Shown one piece after another: positions 60,751 to 64,000 of a stretch of 64,000 nucleotides of DNA. Position 1 is the first letter of the stretch; every line of letters starts with the position of its first letter. Location of the stretch: positions 271,968 to 335,967 of the forward strand of contig NZ_BRVO01000003.1 in the NCBI RefSeq assembly GCF_027924185.1. Reading direction: 5' to 3'. The position numbers were made by a program, and so were the translations under genes. The DNA comes from Neptunitalea lumnitzerae (GTDB lineage: Bacteria; Bacteroidota; Bacteroidia; Flavobacteriales; Flavobacteriaceae). A model generated the notes under the pieces. The model saw only the letters and a program-made list of their open reading frames with translations. It was not told where the DNA came from and did not search any database.

Positions 60751-61656
60751 TTAATTATTTTTACCAGCTCTGAACAAATAGTCCTTTTCTTCTTTGGTAA
60801 GACTATCATAACCACTTTTACTAATCTTGTCTAAGATAGCGTCTATTTTTTTCTGATGTATATTTTTATCGTTATTAAAAACCTTAGCATCCTTACTAGA
60901 CTGATTTCCTTTATTACGATATACTTTTTTAAACTTAGCCTTTTTACCTCCGTTACCAGAAGTACCTTTAAAAAGATTCGCTATACCATCCATTAAATTA
61001 GAAAACCACGCCCCTATATCTGTACCCTGCTGTAATTGTTTCGCATAAATAAAACCAAACAACGCACCACCTAAGTGCGCTATATGTCCGCCTGGGTTAG
61101 AAACACTTACCGACAATAAATCCATTACTACCAAGAAAGCACCAATATACCAAAGCTTTAAAGTAAACATACCAAAAAGGCGAACCTCTAGATTAGGAGT
61201 ATAGGTACATACAAAAATTAAAATAGCCATTACCGATGCCGAGGCACCTACTAACGGAATATTCTTTCCTGAAAAAACAGGAAATAAATTATAGCTTAAC
61301 ACATAGAGTAAACCACCTGCTAAAGCACCCAATAAATACACATTATAAAACTGCTTACCGTTAAATAAATTCAAGAAAATATTACCTGTAAAATACAACA
61401 CCAGCATATTTCCTAGCAAATGCATTATAGACCCATGTAAAAATGAATAGGTTAGCAAAGACCAAGGTCTGGTAAGCACTACCATAGGATTTGAAAACAA
61501 GCCCAACCATCTTTCAAAAACATTATACGTTCCCGGCACTTCTAATTGAAACAAGAACACCGCCAACGACATAACAATAAAGACCGCTACATTTATAACA
61601 ATCATTTTTCCCGAAGGAGCAAGCATACTATATTTATATCCTAAACTATTCTGCAT
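60751..61656 (-). CDS. rhomboid family intramembrane serine protease
   Basis: Six TM helices. Active-site motifs GASASV (Ser) and AHLGGALFG (His). Confidence 0.75.
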   Translation of the reverse strand: MQNSLGYKYSMLAPSGKMIVINVAVFIVMSLAVFLFQLEVPGTYNVFERWLGLFSNPMVVLTRPWSLLTYSFLHGSIMHLLGNMLVLYFTGNIFLNLFNGKQFYNVYLLGALAGGLLYVLSYNLFPVFSGKNIPLVGASASVMAILIFVCTYTPNLEVRLFGMFTLKLWYIGAFLVVMDLLSVSVSNPGGHIAHLGGALFGFIYAKQLQQGTDIGAWFSNLMDGIANLFKGTSGNGGKKAKFKKVYRNKGNQSSKDAKVFNNDKNIHQKKIDAILDKISKSGYDSLTKEEKDYLFRAGKNN

Positions 61657-61659
61657 GTT

Positions 61660-62400
61660 TTAATTCCACCTATTATTATCAAATTGATTTCTTCTCCAAT
61701 ACCACATCATCACAAACCCTATAATGGCGCCACCCACGTGTGCAAAATGCGCTACCGGCCCCATTGAATAACTTGTTAAACCAAAAAACAAGTCCATAAC
61801 TATAATACCAGGTACAAAGTACTTAGCCTTTATAGGAATTGGTAAAAATATCATCATTAATCTAGCATCAGGAAAACTCATAGCAAATGCTACCAAAACA
61901 CCATAAATAGCACCCGATGCACCTACTGCAGGGCTAGCCACCGCAGCAATAAAATTATCCAAAGTATTTGGCGACATGTATTGCCCCCAATCAGTATCAT
62001 ACTTACCTTCAGAAAGTATTCTCAATACCTCTACCTTATCGTAACCATTGGTAATGAGCGCAGACATTCCCTCATTATAAAAATAATAATTAGCTGCCGT
62101 ATAAATAAGCGCGGCACCAATACCCGCAGACAAATAGAAAAACAAAAACTTGTTTTTACCCCACATCATCTCTAACGGAGACCCAAAGGCAAACAAAGCA
62201 TACATATTAAACAAAATATGCATAAGACCACCATGCATAAACATATGTGTTACTATTTGCCAAATTTTAAAATTAGAGTTTTCTGGAAACCACAACGCTA
62301 AATAGACATCTAAATGCCAATTCTTCATAACGAAGGTTACCACAAAAAACAACACATTTATTATAATAAGGTGCTTTACCACCTCTGTCATTCTTCCCAT
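61660..62400 (-). CDS. rhomboid family intramembrane serine protease
   Basis: Motifs GASGAIYGVL and AHVGGAIIGF. 246 aa. Confidence 0.8.
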   Translation of the reverse strand: MGRMTEVVKHLIIINVLFFVVTFVMKNWHLDVYLALWFPENSNFKIWQIVTHMFMHGGLMHILFNMYALFAFGSPLEMMWGKNKFLFFYLSAGIGAALIYTAANYYFYNEGMSALITNGYDKVEVLRILSEGKYDTDWGQYMSPNTLDNFIAAVASPAVGASGAIYGVLVAFAMSFPDARLMMIFLPIPIKAKYFVPGIIVMDLFFGLTSYSMGPVAHFAHVGGAIIGFVMMWYWRRNQFDNNRWN

Positions 62401-62410
62401 AAAATTTAAT

Positions 62411-64000
62411 TTACATAAACTTTTTCTCTATATCACCCGCACTCATGGTTATAAACGCAGGCTTGTTAAATGGTGAAACTGTTGGCTCTGTACAAGCAAA
62501 TAAATTATTCACCAAGTTCTCTTGCTCTACATTAGTTAAGGTTTCCCCGCCACGTACAGCCAATGTTTTGCATAATGTTTTTGCTAACATATCGGTTTGG
62601 GTAAACCCACTATCTGGTATATCATCACCAAAATCGGTTATTAGCTGCTCTAATATAATAGGCACTTCGCTTTCAGTAACGTGTAATGGAATACCATTAA
62701 TAACCACCACATCATCTTCCATTTTCTCAAAAGCAAAACCAGTACCTTCTAAACGCTCTTTTAGGGTTTGTAGTAATGAAATTTCTACCTTCCCAAAATG
62801 TAACTCTAAAGGAAATATCAATTGCTGACTTACCCCTTCGTTAATGGTTATTTCTTTTAAGTATTGCTCATACAATACTCTTTGGTGTGCTCTGGTTTGA
62901 TCTATAATTACCATACCAGATTTTATAGTGGTTACAACATATTTCTTTTGTAACTGAAACGTGGTAGCTTTACTACTAGTCAACTCACTATCATCAAACA
63001 ATTTACCAGTCACTTCTTCCGACTCAAATTGAACAGATGAAAACCGTTCTGACTCTATGGTAACACTTTCCCCTTCATCATCATCTTTTAAGCCAACATA
63101 CAAACTCTCCCAACTTGGCTGTGCATCTCTTTTAAAAGAATGCCCGCCACTACCAGAACTAAACGAAGATGACTTCTTAGATGTAACCGCTGAATTAGTA
63201 TCATTAGAAACCTCCTCTTTAAACGGATTAAAATTAGCATCTACCTCTATGGTTGGCATGCTTATTTTTTTATCCTTGTAGCCATAAGGCGTATCTAAAT
63301 TAGGGTCGCTATCAAAATCTAATACGGGCGCCACATTAAATTGCCCTAAACTATGTTTAACAGCCGACCGTAAAATAGCATACAAGGTATGCTCATCATC
63401 AAACTTAATTTCAGTTTTTGTAGGGTGTATATTAATATCAATAGTTTGCGGGTCTACTGTTAAAAACAAAAAGTACCCAGGTTGCAAACCATCTTTTAAC
63501 AACCCTTCAAAAGCCGAATTAATTGCGTGATGCAAATACGGACTTTTAATATATCTATCATTCACAAAGAAAAACTGCTCTCCTCTACTCTTCTTTGCAA
63601 ACTCAGGTTTTCTAATAAACCCTGAAATAGTTACAACTTCGGTAACTTCATTTACAGGCACCAACTTCTCGTTGGTTTTACCACCAAAAATATTTACAAT
63701 ACGCTGACGCTGATTTGATGGAGGTAAATTAAAAAGTTCTGCATTGTTAGAGTAAAAATCAAAACGAATATCAGGGTGTGCTAGTGCTACTCTGTGAAAT
63801 TCATCTATAATATGGCGTAACTCTACCGCATCCGACTTTAAAAAATTGCGCCTTGCCGGAATGTTATAAAACAAATTTTTCACCAACAAACTAGTACCCT
63901 TAGGTGCCACAGAAGGCTCTTGAGATACCACCTTACTTCCTTCAATTTTTATCTGACAGCCAACTTCTTCTTGTTCTTGTCTCGTATTTAACTCCACATG
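62411..64000 (-). CDS. mutL: DNA mismatch repair protein MutL (C-terminal and middle parts; N-terminus beyond window)
   Basis: ..NLFYNIPARRNFLKS.. transducer-domain motif and C-terminal dimerisation domain. The ORF runs to the window edge without a start. Confidence 0.88.
   Translation of the reverse strand, partial: HVELNTRQEQEEVGCQIKIEGSKVVSQEPSVAPKGTSLLVKNLFYNIPARRNFLKSDAVELRHIIDEFHRVALAHPDIRFDFYSNNAELFNLPPSNQRQRIVNIFGGKTNEKLVPVNEVTEVVTISGFIRKPEFAKKSRGEQFFFVNDRYIKSPYLHHAINSAFEGLLKDGLQPGYFLFLTVDPQTIDINIHPTKTEIKFDDEHTLYAILRSAVKHSLGQFNVAPVLDFDSDPNLDTPYGYKDKKISMPTIEVDANFNPFKEEVSNDTNSAVTSKKSSSFSSGSGGHSFKRDAQPSWESLYVGLKDDDEGESVTIESERFSSVQFESEEVTGKLFDDSELTSSKATTFQLQKKYVVTTIKSGMVIIDQTRAHQRVLYEQYLKEITINEGVSQQLIFPLELHFGKVEISLLQTLKERLEGTGFAFEKMEDDVVVINGIPLHVTESEVPIILEQLITDFGDDIPDSGFTQTDMLAKTLCKTLAVRGGETLTNVEQENLVNNLFACTEPTVSPFNKPAFITMSAGDIEKKFM

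Noticed and set aside
1-64000. CRISPR arrays, IS elements, integrases or phage genes
   Set aside because: No regularly spaced direct repeats, and no transposase, integrase or recombinase-like ORFs were recognised anywhere in the window.

Overview
This window looks like a Bacteroidota (Flavobacteriia-type) chromosomal segment. The evidence is low GC, T9SS C-terminal sorting domains, TAnnTTTG-type -7 promoter motifs and the parA-parB-DUF5683-dapB-lepB-WbqC synteny.

Housekeeping content includes two tRNA-Pro genes, an MFS efflux pump, udk and an FtsB-like gene, methylmalonyl-CoA mutase mutA/mutB, an MBOAT O-acyltransferase pair, galK/galT, and uxuA/uxuB beside a cluster of GH43/GH51/GH2/GH88-like glycoside hydrolases (an acidic/arabinose-rich polysaccharide utilisation locus without SusC/D in the window). 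It also holds two tandem rhomboid proteases and a partial mutL at the right edge.

The accessory part (about 17.9-28.3 kb) is the most interesting. A cassette of a giant T9SS-secreted lamin-tail-domain protein followed by a 66-69 aa peptide gene, with its own hairpin and terminator, is duplicated in tandem. The two peptides are near-identical over their N-terminal 50 aa and diverge in the last ~20 aa, which is a leader/core or signal/mature pattern. Immediately downstream lie a PqqD(RRE)-like domain fused to an HPr-kinase-related P-loop domain and a translationally coupled PF14907-type nucleotidyltransferase. Together these form a cryptic RiPP-like peptide-modification module with no cyclase, protease or transporter in view.

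Other oddities are a 1.7 kb ORF-free region carrying three tandem degenerate tRNA-like units, a cytochrome-c-like gene remnant next to tRNA-Pro, a bacterial type IB topoisomerase, and a 650 bp strongly A-rich, G-poor leader.
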